Source of the DNA: Welwitschia mirabilis
Lineage: Eukaryota
Direction of reading: 5' to 3'
DNA length: 30,478 bases
Assembly: GCA_051453625.1 (NCBI GenBank)
Contig: JBOZIK010000001.1
Span: 35,488,018 to 35,518,495 of the forward strand
The position numbers and the translations under genes were made by a program. A model generated the notes under the pieces. The model worked only from the letters and a program-made list of their open reading frames with translations, ran no database searches and was not told the DNA's origin. This document shows, piece after piece, positions 1 through 10,450 of this stretch (position 1 is the first letter of the stretch; each line of letters starts with the position of its first letter).

Positions 1-461
1 TAGCTATTAGATAAAGTTAACAAATCGCTTTCTAGTCATCATAATAAAGTGATAACAACCCTTTTTAGGATTTCATTAAATGTAGCCTACTCTAATTTAA
101 AAAATAAACAAAGTCCAATAAAAAAATTACCACAACAATGAGATTTGCAGCATCTCCTATTCCTAATCATCCTACTATAGATCACAACATTTCATTTGTT
201 CAAATAGCTTATGCAAGTAGTAAAGACATCCCAATGAAAGACCCAACCTTGACTATTGTTCCAAAAAAAAAAAAAATGCTCTCACTCTCTTGAAAGTAGA
301 TGTCAAACTTCCCTCCCTTCATTTTCTTTTACAAAGAAGGCTAGTTTTAATTAGTTTACTACTCTTTCTAAGGCTTCCAAACATATCACAAGTGATTTTC
401 TATCTTCTAAAACAAGAGCTAATGAAAAATCCATGGATGAATCTATCATCATTTCCCTCCC

Positions 462-3400
462 ATGATTAAGTTTACTTCTTGGAATGTTAGGGGTCTTTCA
501 AACTCCTCCAAAAAATATGCTATTAAGTGCTTATTTTTTTATCATGGTAGTTTCCGAGATATCTTAGTCTTGTAAGAGATTAAAATAACTTATTCAAAAA
601 TGTAATTTTCTTCTTAATCAATCTCCTCTCATTATATTTTTTTTTTATGACTAATCACATAGATGGTAAGGGTGGAGCATCCCTCCTTTTACATAATCAC
701 TTTCTTTCTATCATTATTGATCATGGGGAAGCTCTTAGCCATCATGTAGTCTTGGTTCACTTGTAAATTCAACATAATTTAATAAGAATATGTAACATCT
801 ATTCCCCTACAACTTCTACTAAAAGGATAATCCTTTGGGATGGCTCACCTCTCATCTTCCTTACGTTAGTTAGATTCTCTCTAGTGATTTCAACTTTCTT
901 CAAAATTCCTATGATAAACTAGATAGGCCTCTTATTCAAAGGCATACCTAAGAGCTTAGATGTTAGCTTTATCTAAAAATTAAATGGAATCTTTTTTATT
1001 CCATTCCTTAGCCCTTTAGAAATCCTTATCACTTCTTCACTTGAAAAGGCGTCAGATCCCAAAGGAGGTTTACTTTTAAACATGTAGACAGAATCTACCT
1101 TTGTTCTTGTAACTCTTCAAAATAACCAAGTTTTCTTTTACTGAATAAATCTCTTTATCTAATCAACTTCCTCTCTTCTTCTTAATAAGCTCTGATAGCC
1201 CTTACTTAAATTCAAAGCAAATCAATCATTTCATCATAAACACTTCTTAGATTTACTCTAAAAAAGAAAACCAACTTTTTTCTTCTACTTGCAACATGTT
1301 TAATCCTTTAGATGAGTCTTCTTTAAAGGAGAAATGCATCAAGTGGGAAAGAAGTTGTATCAGACTTGCAGATTGTGCTAGAATATTTGGAAAACTACTT
1401 GATAAAGAGAGAAGAAGTTGGAAAGTTCATCTTGAAAAATCTTTAAATAAGAAGCAAAAATCCATCATCCAATAATCCCATAGAGTTGATTTAAATACAT
1501 ATCTTAGCATTATTCACCAAGACCTTTAATGCATCATCATGTTAAAATATAGATAGGACCTATTAAAAACTAAAGCCGTTTTAGCTTCATCATGGTGATT
1601 GTCGTAGTAAAGAGTTATTCTCTTTTTTAGAGCATCAGCTCTCTTCTTTGCACTATGGTGCCTTCTATTTATGTTAATGGGAAATCTATTTCTAAAGATT
1701 CTTAACATTCTTCTTAACCACTTAAAAAATATTTTTGGATTCGAGTTTAATCTCAACTCTAATGCTTGATATATTTTGTAAGATTCAATTCCTCCCATGC
1801 GTTCTACTTAAGATAAGCAGATGCTTGACAGACCACTTTTCATTAAGGATCTCAAAAAAGTTTGCTTTTCTTTTTGTAATAGTAAGTTTCCTAAAATTAA
1901 TGGTTTTTGAGTAGAACTCTATAAGAATAGTTGGGACATAATGGGAAGTAGACTTGTCAAAGTGGTTAAAGAAGGATTTAGAATAAGTTATTTTGGAAAA
2001 TTCATCAACTATTTTGAGATAAAATTATTGCCAAAGAAAGTGGTGGCTGAGAATTATGACATTGAAGGACCATAACCCTCCTAAACACTTCCTATCAAAT
2101 TATTGTGAGATCTCTAGCTCTAAGATTGAAAGATATCTTACCCTTCATTATTAAAATTACGCAAGATGCTTTCACCCAAGATAGATAGATTCCAAAAACT
2201 CTTCTTTCTATAGTCAACAATTAGGAATGAAGTAAAATAAGTAATCAGAATCTTTCCTTTCTTAAAATTGTTTATGAAAAAGATTTTGATATAATCTCTT
2301 GGTCTTTTATTCTTTCTATGCTAAAAAAATTAGGATTTGGGGAAATATCTATTTCTATATCAAAACTTTATTTATGGATGCGATGATCATTATTACCATT
2401 AATGGGATTTCTTCTTAACCTTTTACCTTGAAAAGATCTATCTATCAAGGCTTCCCTCTCACTGCCTATCTTTACATTCTTGCCACTAATGCTTTAAGTC
2501 ATATTATTACTAAGCAACTTCAAACAAGTTTATTTCGTTGGCTCCATCTCCTAAGTATTGAGCAATAACTTTGTAATTATCACTTTGTTGATGAGTCTTT
2601 CTTTTTTCATTAAGGATACTAAAGACGCTATCAAGGAACTGTTACATTGTCTTAACATCTTTTCTGATACTTCAGACTCCCTAATCAATTGAGAAAAATT
2701 AGCCTTCTATACAGAGGCTTGTTCATATTCCCTCTTCCCTCTTCATAGAAAGTGCATCCAACCAGGAGAGATTTTTAAACTTCTTGGCATTCCTTATGCT
2801 TTCTAAGTCACTAGGCATTAGCTTTGATAATGATTGTTAGAAATAATTCAAAAAAAAAAGATTTAGACCTCCAAAAGATTATCTTTTACTAGTATAATTC
2901 TTATTTGTGAAAAAATTTCTCTCATCTTATCATGTCTTTTACTCTTCCTGTTTTGCTCCTTCTAATGCTTCGTATGCCTACACTAACAAATGGCTCATAG
3001 AATTAATCTAGAACTCCCAACCTCAAAAATATGGTTTTTGTTGTGTTGCTTAGGAAACTTGTTATAGACCAAGAAGATTAGGATGCCTTGGAATTTCTAC
3101 CTCTCCCTTTGAGTAGCAGCTATTTTACCTCTCCCTTTGAGTAGAAGCTATTGCTTCCAAATGGATTGTTCAAGCTTTTAAGGGTGATGATCATTAGAAG
3201 ATCCTCATTCATAATTCAATTAATAATGCTTTTCTAAAAGGCTCTTCTTGTTGGAAAGGTTTAAGCTTTTCTGACGTTGTTGCCTGTCTTGCCATTTTTT
3301 GTCTTTGCACTTCCCCCTTTTACAGGATGTTTGGTCTACTTAGGGTCTTATTAAAAGATCACTTGTCTCTCCTTTTAGAACTATCAACCATAATTCTTCT

Positions 3401-4000
3401 ATTTTGTACTCTCATTTGAATCTTTAAATCAATTAATTAGTAAAAGAGTTGCTCTTAGCCTCATTCAAAGAGGGTGAATTCAAATAAAAAATGTTTGGGC
3501 TCCCAATGAAAGAGGCCCTTCTTGTTGGCACTTAATTCATGATAAGTATAATCTTCCTTCTTCTTTTTCCAAGAGAATTTACTTGCTTAATTCTAATCTT
3601 GACCAGAACATTGACAATGTTGTTCTCTTTGAAGAAGAGACCTCATGGCATTAGCCAAATAATGTTCCGTTTCTTAATTATAATAGTAAAGAAGGCTACA
3701 GGCATAATCTACCTCACAATTAAAAACTTCTTAAGCTTAACCTCCTTTAGTCTGTTTAATTTTTCTTAATAGACTTGCCTTCAAGTTATTTCTAATTCTT
3801 GGAAAAAGCCAAATAGCATCTTATCTTTGGTGTCTTCTCTATCAAGGTCTGCCCCTTGGTGAACTCGTGATGAAAATAGAGCCTTGCTAACCTTTTTGTA
3901 CTCATTGTAGTCCTTTTATCATACCTTTTAACATTGTAAGGTCGCTGCTTCTAGTTGGAATTGACTATGCAAATGCTTTACTAGTCTAAGGTTTCTTTTT
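462..4000 (+). pseudogene. LINE ORF2 pseudogene (APE endonuclease - reverse transcriptase - zf-RVT)
   Basis: ATG at 462 gives MIKFTSWNVRGL. Endonuclease motifs: L*EIK (LQETK), GKGGASLLLH (~665), CNIYSP (~790), SDFN (~883), FT*/VDRIY (~1035-1100). RT motifs: NGF*VELYKNSWDIMG (~1900), *RTITLLNTSYQII..LALRL (~2063), KDFD.ISWSFILSMLKKLGFG (~2280), RSIYQGFPLTAYLY (~2435), HFVDES (YADD-like, 2581), VA*ETCYRPRRLGCLG (~3045). zf-RVT-like: YLWCLLYQGLP (~3820). Many stops and frameshifts. Confidence 0.88.
3098..3152 (+). repeat. 28-bp-period tandem duplication inside the LINE
   Basis: TACCTCTCCCTTTGAGTAG(C/A)AGCTATT at 3098 and 3126, one mismatch. Confidence 0.9.
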
Positions 4001-4345
4001 GTCTTTGCGTTTTTCGTATTAGATATATTTCTTCAAATAGAACAAGGATTTTGTGAGAAGTTACTAGACATGCTCTCTTATCCAAAATGTAAAAGCTGTG
4101 CAACAATGATGTTTGTTCCAATGAGTATATAAACTTGTTCCCCTTCTCAAAAACCCCTTCTCAAATGTTTTTAGTAGTGTCCCTCCTTTTACTTTATTTT
4201 CAATTTTGTAACAAACTCACTATATCTAATAAGACCTTTTGTCAAAAAAATTAAATAAAGAGTCCAACCATGTCCACTTGATAGTGATCTGAGAAGTGTC
4301 CACATGGAGTGATGATACAAAAGGGCATAATAGGTTCAATCATCT

Positions 4346-4581
4346 CCACGTCACACAGAGATTAAGCAATGTGGGCAGGTGCACACATCACTCTTTTAAC
4401 TATTAAAGAAATGTCGTCAACGAATTAAGTAAAGAGGGGATTGGCCACATGAAGAAACACTAACATTAAAGCGTCATTTGCTTAAAAGCGACTCCGAACG
4501 AGCGAGGTGCCTGAGACCGACAAGCACGTGCTTTCTCTAGAAAAAGCACCTGCGGTGAGTAGTTGTGACTGCGCTCACGTG
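4346..4581 (+). promoter_or_regulatory. Cluster of ACGT/G-box/E-box elements upstream of the laccase
   Basis: CCACGTCA 4346-4353; CACGTG 4525-4530 inside the 12-bp palindrome AAGCACGTGCTT; CACCTG 4547-4552; CACGTG 4576-4581. Function is inferred only. Confidence 0.5.
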
Positions 4582-4883
4582 CTTCCCCAAGGGAATTAGG
4601 TTAAACCTCGCTCAAATTTCTCAGCATTTTCAAAAACCTCTTTATTTCGTTCTTTTAAAGGTTTTTCAGGATCTACGATCGTATTCTCCAAACCATCAAA
4701 TTAGTTTTCAAAACTTTTATTTAAGATTAGTGACTCTTGTAAAGGCGCCCCATTCAGGCAACTGCTCTCTCACCGGTCTCCGAAGTGAAGGCAGGGGTGG
4801 TTCGAAGGCGTGCGGCACCTACACAAACACACATTATTGGACGCTTCTTCCTTGTCAATGTGGATCATTTATCAGTGCTTATA

Positions 4884-4891
4884 TATATAAA
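4884..4891 (+). promoter_or_regulatory. TATA box of the laccase gene
   Basis: TATATAAA about 55 bp upstream of the ATG at 4943, which has good Kozak-type context (CAACCATGGC). Confidence 0.7.
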
Positions 4892-4942
4892 TTCGTATGC
4901 GTACGCAGAATTTTCACAGTTGAGCTCCGCCCGGCGGCAACC

Positions 4943-5038
4943 ATGGCAGCACACAGCGTTCATCGGCTTCTCCTCGCGTTGTTCCTGGTGGTTTCTGCAT
5001 CGTCGGCTTTCGCCGCAGTGCGCAGATATGACTGGGTT
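4943..5038 (+). CDS. LAC: Laccase exon 1 (signal peptide, 32 codons)
   Basis: ATG at 4943; donor GTGAGT at 5039 (phase 0). Confidence 0.9.
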
Positions 5039-7230
5039 GTGAGTATCGAGTGTCTTCTTTCTCTTCTGCTGTTTTTGCTGGTTTTTTTTATTTCTTTTCT
5101 TTGTTGAAGTCTGAGTTGCGTTTGGATTTGTTTTGCTTGGGTAGCTTCGGCCGACGAACATAACAAGGCTCTGCCACACCCAAGAACTGGTGACAGTGAA
5201 CGGCATGTTTCCCGGGCCGACCCTTTACGCGCAGAACGGAGATCTGGTCATTGTCAATGTCTTCAACAACGCCAAATACAATGCGACGCTCCACTGGTAA
5301 GTGTGTCCGTCACAGAGACTACGCAGAGCTTTGGGGTTTTGCGTGTTAACAGTGCGGTGGTGTGTGCGCAGGCACGGTGTCAAGCAGCGCAAGAATCCGT
5401 GGGTCGATGGGCCAGAGTTTGTGACGCAGTGTCCAATCAGGCCCGGAGAAAGATACACTTACAGATTCAAGATCGAGGATCAACAAGGCACTCTCTTCTG
5501 GCATGCTCATTACTCTTGGCTCCGAGCCACTGTTCACGGCGCTATTGTCATTCATCCCAAGCCGTCTCAAGGTTACCCGTATCCCCACCCCGGCCACGAG
5601 GAGGTCGTAATACTAGGTACGCCAACGCGATATCTTTCAGAACTGCAATCATAAAGTTTTAAAACGTCCCAACTCTTAAAAAAGAATGCAGAAAGCCAAA
5701 AGCTGATGAAATCGCTGAATAATGAGCTCCATTTCTCGTTTCCCGAAGCATTAGACTAACGTTGTTACTTCTTGGGCTCCGCGCAGGCGAATGGTGGAAC
5801 GAGGACCCCATGAGATTGGAATACGAGTTCATGTACAGTGGCGGAAGTCCGAAAATCTCCAACACTCTTCTCATTAACGGACAACCCGGACGCCTCCTTG
5901 CCTGCTCCGGTAACTGCCTTCCCTTTCTAAATCTTCTTCCTTTTTTCTGTTCCCCATTTCTCTAGAATCCTTCAAAAGCCTTCTTCATTTTCCCTTTTCC
6001 TTTGATAATCCAGAACCTTCATAACCTTTATTTTTCCTTTGTTTGCTATCTTTCTTCTTCTGTTTCATAGAGACGCCACGCATAAAAATCCAAGAAGGAA
6101 AGGGCGCACTTCTGCGAATAGTAAACGCAGCAATGGCCTACACAATGTTTTTGGGTATCCACGGTCACAACCTCACAGTGGTCGCCGCCGACGCGATCTA
6201 CACAAAACCCCTCACAACCGACGTAATCGCGATAGGCCCGGGCGAGACCACAGACGTCCTTCTGACGACGCAGGGCAAGTGCGGAGAAACCCACTATATG
6301 GCCACACACGTCTACTGGGGCACTAACAAAGTCCCCTGTCAAGGCACCGTCGCAACCGCAATCATCGAATACACTTGCGACGGCTCCACCAACTCAAACT
6401 CTACTCCGACAACAGTCCCCTCTCTTCCTCCCATTGGCGATTCGGATCGCGCAGAAGCCTATTACAGCGCTCTGCGCAGCCTTAACAGCGAATCTTACCC
6501 ATCCATCGTCCCGCAGGGCGTAATGGACAACAATCTTTTCTATGTCGAAATCCCCGGCATGTTGCCCTGCGATCACCCCAACTTTACCTGTCAGGGCCCC
6601 TACGACGAGCGCATCATCGCCGGCCTGAACAACATTTCTTTTCTCGAACCCAGAACCACATCCATCCTTGAAGCATATTATTTCAACATTTCTGGTGTCT
6701 ACACCGCCGATTTCCCCGACCGTCCGCCAGAGGTTTTTAACTTTACAAACACGACATGGCCGGTGACCTACAGTGTCAAGGCGACAAAGGCGCGAGCTCT
6801 GAAGTTCAACTCCACTGTCGAACTTGTTCTGCAGTCCGTCGGCATCTTCGGCGGGGAAAATCACAACTTTCATCTGCACGGCCACGATTTCTGGGTAGTC
6901 GGTAGGGGATTCGGAAACTACGATCCGCTGGAGGCGCCGAAGCATTTCAATTTGGCTGATCCGCCGAAGAAAAATACCTTCAATTTGCCGTTCAATGGCT
7001 GGGCAGTGATCCGTTTCGTCGCAGATAACCCCGGCGTTTGGTTCTTCCACTGTCACGTGGATTATCATATGTCGATCGGCATGTCGATGGTTTTCATTAC
7101 AGAAGACGGGCCTGGCGCCGATGAGAAGATGCTTCCGCCTCCGCCAAGTTTCCGGAGGTGCTCCTGTCACCAAACGGAGTCCGGCTTGGCCGAGAAGTCG
7201 ACAAAGTTTGATGCGACAGCGGCCTTCTAG
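4943..7230 (+). CDS. LAC: Plant laccase (multicopper oxidase), 5 exons, 591 aa: join(4943..5038,5145..5296,5372..5616,5787..5909,6071..7230)
   Basis: All four introns are GT..AG and the spliced frame is open (1776 nt). Hydrophobic signal peptide (MAAHSVHRLLLALFLVVSASSAFA). Plant laccase motifs: RLC..VTVNGMFPGPT, HWHG, DGPEFVTQCPI, GTLFWHAH, GEWWN, INGQPG, HNFHLHGHDF, DNPGVWFFHCHVDYHMSIGM, LPPPP..C. Exons 2 and 3 are 152 and 245 nt, the sizes typical of plant laccases. The subfamily number cannot be assigned. Confidence 0.96.
5145..5296 (+). CDS. LAC: Laccase exon 2 (152 nt)
   Basis: Acceptor TAG ending at 5144; LRPTNITRLCHTQELVTVNGMFPGPTLYAQNGD...TLHW; donor GTAAGT at 5297. Confidence 0.93.
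5372..5616 (+). CDS. LAC: Laccase exon 3 (245 nt; L1/L2 copper motifs)
   Basis: Acceptor GCAG ending at 5371; HGVKQ...WHAHYSWLRATVHGAIVI...VVILG; donor GTACGC at 5617. Confidence 0.95.
5787..5909 (+). CDS. LAC: Laccase exon 4 (123 nt)
   Basis: Acceptor GCAG ending at 5786; EWWNEDP...INGQPGRLLACS; donor GTAACT at 5910. Confidence 0.92.
6071..7230 (+). CDS. LAC: Laccase exon 5 (1160 nt; L3/L4 copper motifs, stop TAG)
   Basis: Polypyrimidine tract and acceptor TAG ending at 6070; in frame with ORF 6043..7230. Confidence 0.95.
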
Positions 7231-7380
7231 TGGTATTCGTTAGGGTGACTGTTACCAGAGGCAATGGTGCAACAAACGAGGATGCCCGTGATTTTTTTCA
7301 GCCGTGTTGTGCTTGGGTCAATACACTGCAGATTATTTAACATAAAGTTTATATGAGCGTGACGTAGATTCTATCGAGTA

Positions 7381-7386
7381 AATAAA
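7381..7386 (+). terminator. Candidate polyadenylation signal
   Basis: AATAAA 150 nt after the laccase stop, followed by a U/GU-rich stretch, near the edge of the CpG-rich zone. Confidence 0.4.
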
Positions 7387-7849
7387 TTTTTGTGATAGGT
7401 CTTATGTGTTAAGCAAGAAATGTTTATAAGCCTATCCATCCTATACTGAATGCCCTTCCCAAATACCTCAGCAAATACAGACATAATTGTATTTGGAACA
7501 TAGCACACTGGAAGCTTGAATTTGTAAAATCAAATCTTATTTATTAGGAGTTATATACATATGTATTTCTTTTTGGTGGGGGGTGTTGAGCAACAACTTT
7601 TAATGATCATAGTTGCTCGAGGACTACTACAATTGTTTAAATGAATGATTTAATTATGCTTAGTTATATTAGTTATATTATATCAATTTGTTCATTATTT
7701 GAACTCACAACTTTTTAAGATGGGAGATGAGTATCTTGATTACCATCTTATTAGCTTTAATATTACAAGACTCTTTTATCTTTTCAAAAGAAACAATCAT
7801 ATTAAGGCCTATTTATTAAAGAAGCAATAAAAAATAAAGTATGCACCTC

Positions 7850-8212
7850 ATTGCTTTTGTGGAGGAGAATAAGGGATCAAATGTTTATTTGTAAGTGAGG
7901 CATAATTTCTCTTCTCATCGAAATTGAAGGTTTAGTATACTAATGTATGGCATTTGATGGTGGATATACTAAATCACCTAAAAAGGAATATATCATTCTT
8001 TTCAAACTATAAGAATTTGACTGAGGACATCACCTTTAAGTAATGGCAAGAAGGTAAAAGATCACAAGAATGAAAACAAGATCATTTGTATATCTAGTAA
8101 TTGTTACAAAAGTTTCTCATGAAAACAACCTTTTATAAAAGTGTAGTATATTTCTAATATTTGTATAAAATAATAAAGTTAAGAATGAAAAATAGATAAG
8201 AGTGCCAAGTGT
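7850..8212 (+). mobile_element. Possible Ty1/copia gag-protease remnant, truncated by the LTR at 8213
   Basis: TGGCATTTGATGGTGGATATACTAAATCACCTA (7948-7980) reads as W-H-L-D-G-G-Y-T-N-H-L with two small frameshifts, resembling copia WYLDSGCTNHM. Weak. Confidence 0.3.
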
Positions 8213-8739
8213 TGTAATGATCCCAAAACCTTGTTTTAGAAATTGTTACCTATTGTGTTGAAGCTCACTTGTTATGCTAATTTATTTGATGTAATACTCT
8301 ATTTAAGAGTTATAATAACTGTTCAAAGGATGTANNNNNNNNNNNNNNNNNNNNNNNNNNNNNNNNNNNNNNNNNNNNNNNNNNNNNNNNNNNNNNNNNN
8401 NNNNNNNNNNNNNNNNNNNNNNNNNNNATAGGGTTTACTGAACCCTTGACAAACTGGTGTGGCCCTACAGTGGTCCCACAAATTGGACCTTGAAGGCAGT
8501 ATAAATCCTAGCTGGTCCGCTTATCAAAGGTCTTATACTTGGTATAATGGATTGTTGAACGTTTCATCAAAATACCATGTAACCAAGACGAGTATTTTAT
8601 TATTTTATTTTGTTATCTTATTTTTAATGTAATAGAGATTATATGTTTTTTTCTCCAAACACCTTTGATATGGTGGAATGCTATTCATAATTACTATTGA
8701 AAATAAATGCTAAAAGAAGAGGAATTAGGATCTATCACA
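8213..8739 (+). mobile_element. 5' LTR of an LTR retrotransposon (chromovirus/Tekay-like termini); spans an N-gap
   Basis: Starts TGTAATGATCCC and ends GGATCTATCACA (imperfect terminal inverted repeat, TG..CA). Internal TATAAA near 8500. Followed 2 nt later by a PBS. Confidence 0.7.
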
Positions 8740-8741
8740 AT

Positions 8742-8753
8742 TGGTATTAGAGC
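8742..8753 (+). other. Primer-binding site complementary to initiator tRNA-Met
   Basis: TGGTATTAGAGC versus canonical TGGTATCAGAGC (one C>T change), directly after the LTR CA end. Confidence 0.75.
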
Positions 8754-8859
8754 AAAACTTTTACGTCCCAACACTAGGACTTAGGACTTAGTGTAGAAGG
8801 GCATTAGTAACCCACAAGGATCAAATGATTTATTTGGAGAACAGACTAATGTGTTCCTA

Positions 8860-10450
8860 AACATGTCCAATTAGGAATTATGTTTCTGAAGCCTTAAAAA
8901 AACACTTATTAACATTTAACTAATGTCTTTGATAAAAGATAAGTACTCAAATTGTTATGCCAGTATTATCAACAGAATAAGTGGTAAAAACTAATGGCAT
9001 TTTTTGGGCAATGAAGTTAAGGCAAATTTCCTTATTAACACTCTTCAAAACTCATTATTTTAAGGTCTATCCAATGTTCTTGTACACAACTAAAATAACT
9101 AAATGAGGTTTCAAAACAATGTCTAATTTATGGCTTTGAAAAAATTACTCAGATAATGATGATATCAAATGAGAGCTAGCAAATATTATTCCATGCCATT
9201 GCCTCAAGAATAACAATGTCATAGATAAAAGTAGTGCTACATTTTGAAGAAGAGAGGTTGCTTGCATCAAATATGAAGAAGAGAGGTTTCAGACTTCTAA
9301 GCATTTAAACAATATTCACTTATTTTGTTAGGTTTTCTTGAGATAAGTAGAGAATTAGGATTTTAAGACAAGTGCCTAATAAGATTTAATCACAGCCAAC
9401 CCATAATCATCCAGCAAAAGAAAATCTCAAAATTTATTAATGCTCTAAAATGACTAATCTTCTTTTCAAAATTCTTTGAAACGTTAAAATATCAAGCCTC
9501 TTTTTGCATATACCAGCAAATGTTAAACAGAGCTACGAAAATCTAAGGGATAGAATTGCACAAGGGCAAGGATTACATTTTTGATAAAAATCTGAAACAT
9601 GAGAGAGTATTGAGTGGTTTCTTCTTAGCTATTGTTCTCTTTTAATGTGACAAATTAGTAACTGCAAATGTTAGTGAGAAGGAATCAACACAGGGGACAA
9701 ACATTGCTAAATATTAAGGCTTTCAAATGACATTTCAACTAAATTCAATGTGCAAATTTATTAGACATTTTGCTGGTATTTAATGATGACACTGCCAAGA
9801 AAACAAGACTGAAAGTGTTAATTGGCATGGCATCAGCAACTATAAAAAATATCTAAGGCTTTAAGCCAGATGGAATGAGGTAATGAAAGACTCAAAAATT
9901 GATTTCAACCATTTAATAGTGAAACATAAAATTTGCAAACCATACTAGAGTTTCAAGTTCCAATAATTAATGTTGCACATGCATTTCAAACACAAATGGA
10001 AATTTTATTTGAAATTGATTCAAGAACTGTAACAAAATACATGCTGAATTTATAAACACAAGAAGTATTTCCCCCACAAGCCCCTCCTGGCAACAAAAAA
10101 ACAAAAAAAGAGAGAAAGAAAAAGAGAGAAAAAAAAAAGAGAGAAAGAAAAAGAAAAAAAAAACTGATATGATGAAGTATGCATCTTGCTCCTACCTTGA
10201 ATCTTCAAACTTGTAAATGCTACAAACTCTAAATCTTCTACAAAAAACCTTCAATTCCCCCTTCCTCTTGACAAAGAAGAAGGGTTTTTAAATACATGTT
10301 CTGAATGCCAAAAACAAGGAAGATAAACAACAGACATTGCAAATAGATAACAAAAATGATAAATATAAGAGATAGAGTTGTCTTTCACTATTCAAGGAGA
10401 TTGGTTTGATTTGGGTTTAATGATGCAATCCATATTTGCGTAATCTCCTA
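8860..10450 (+). pseudogene. Highly decayed gag-like region of the + strand LTR element
   Basis: Lies downstream of the PBS. Degenerate zinc knuckle C-S-E-C-Q-K-Q-G-R-*-T-T-D at 10297-10340 (CX2CX4HX4C-like). No RT or integrase recognised after it. Confidence 0.35.
10095..10163 (+). repeat. A/AG-rich low-complexity tract
   Basis: Repeated AAAAGAGAGAAAG units and A-runs. Confidence 0.85.

Larger units (their letters stand above)
1..4250 (+). mobile_element. Degenerate non-LTR retrotransposon (LINE, L1 clade). 1..461 is probably the end of ORF1/inter-ORF; the 3' end is approximate, near the A-run at 4244-4250.
   Basis: Colinear ORF2 motifs read by hand through stops and frameshifts (see ORF2 entry). 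Short A-rich tail after the zinc-finger region. AT-rich and CpG-poor. Confidence 0.85.

Noticed and set aside
1526..1798. 90-aa minus-strand ORF (and the 76-aa ORF at 3539..3769)
   Set aside because: Both lie within the decayed LINE ORF2 and show no independent coding signal.
4565..5107. 180-aa ORF suggesting a long N-terminal extension of the laccase
   Set aside because: Begins at a non-ATG codon upstream of the TATA box and runs into intron 1. The real start is ATG 4943, which is followed by the signal peptide.
4785..6342. Other short ORFs in alternative frames and strands across exons 1-5
   Set aside because: Explained by the spliced laccase model and high GC content.
6394..7173. 259-aa antisense ORF overlapping laccase exon 5
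   Set aside because: Shadow frame of a GC-rich coding exon; no recognisable motif.
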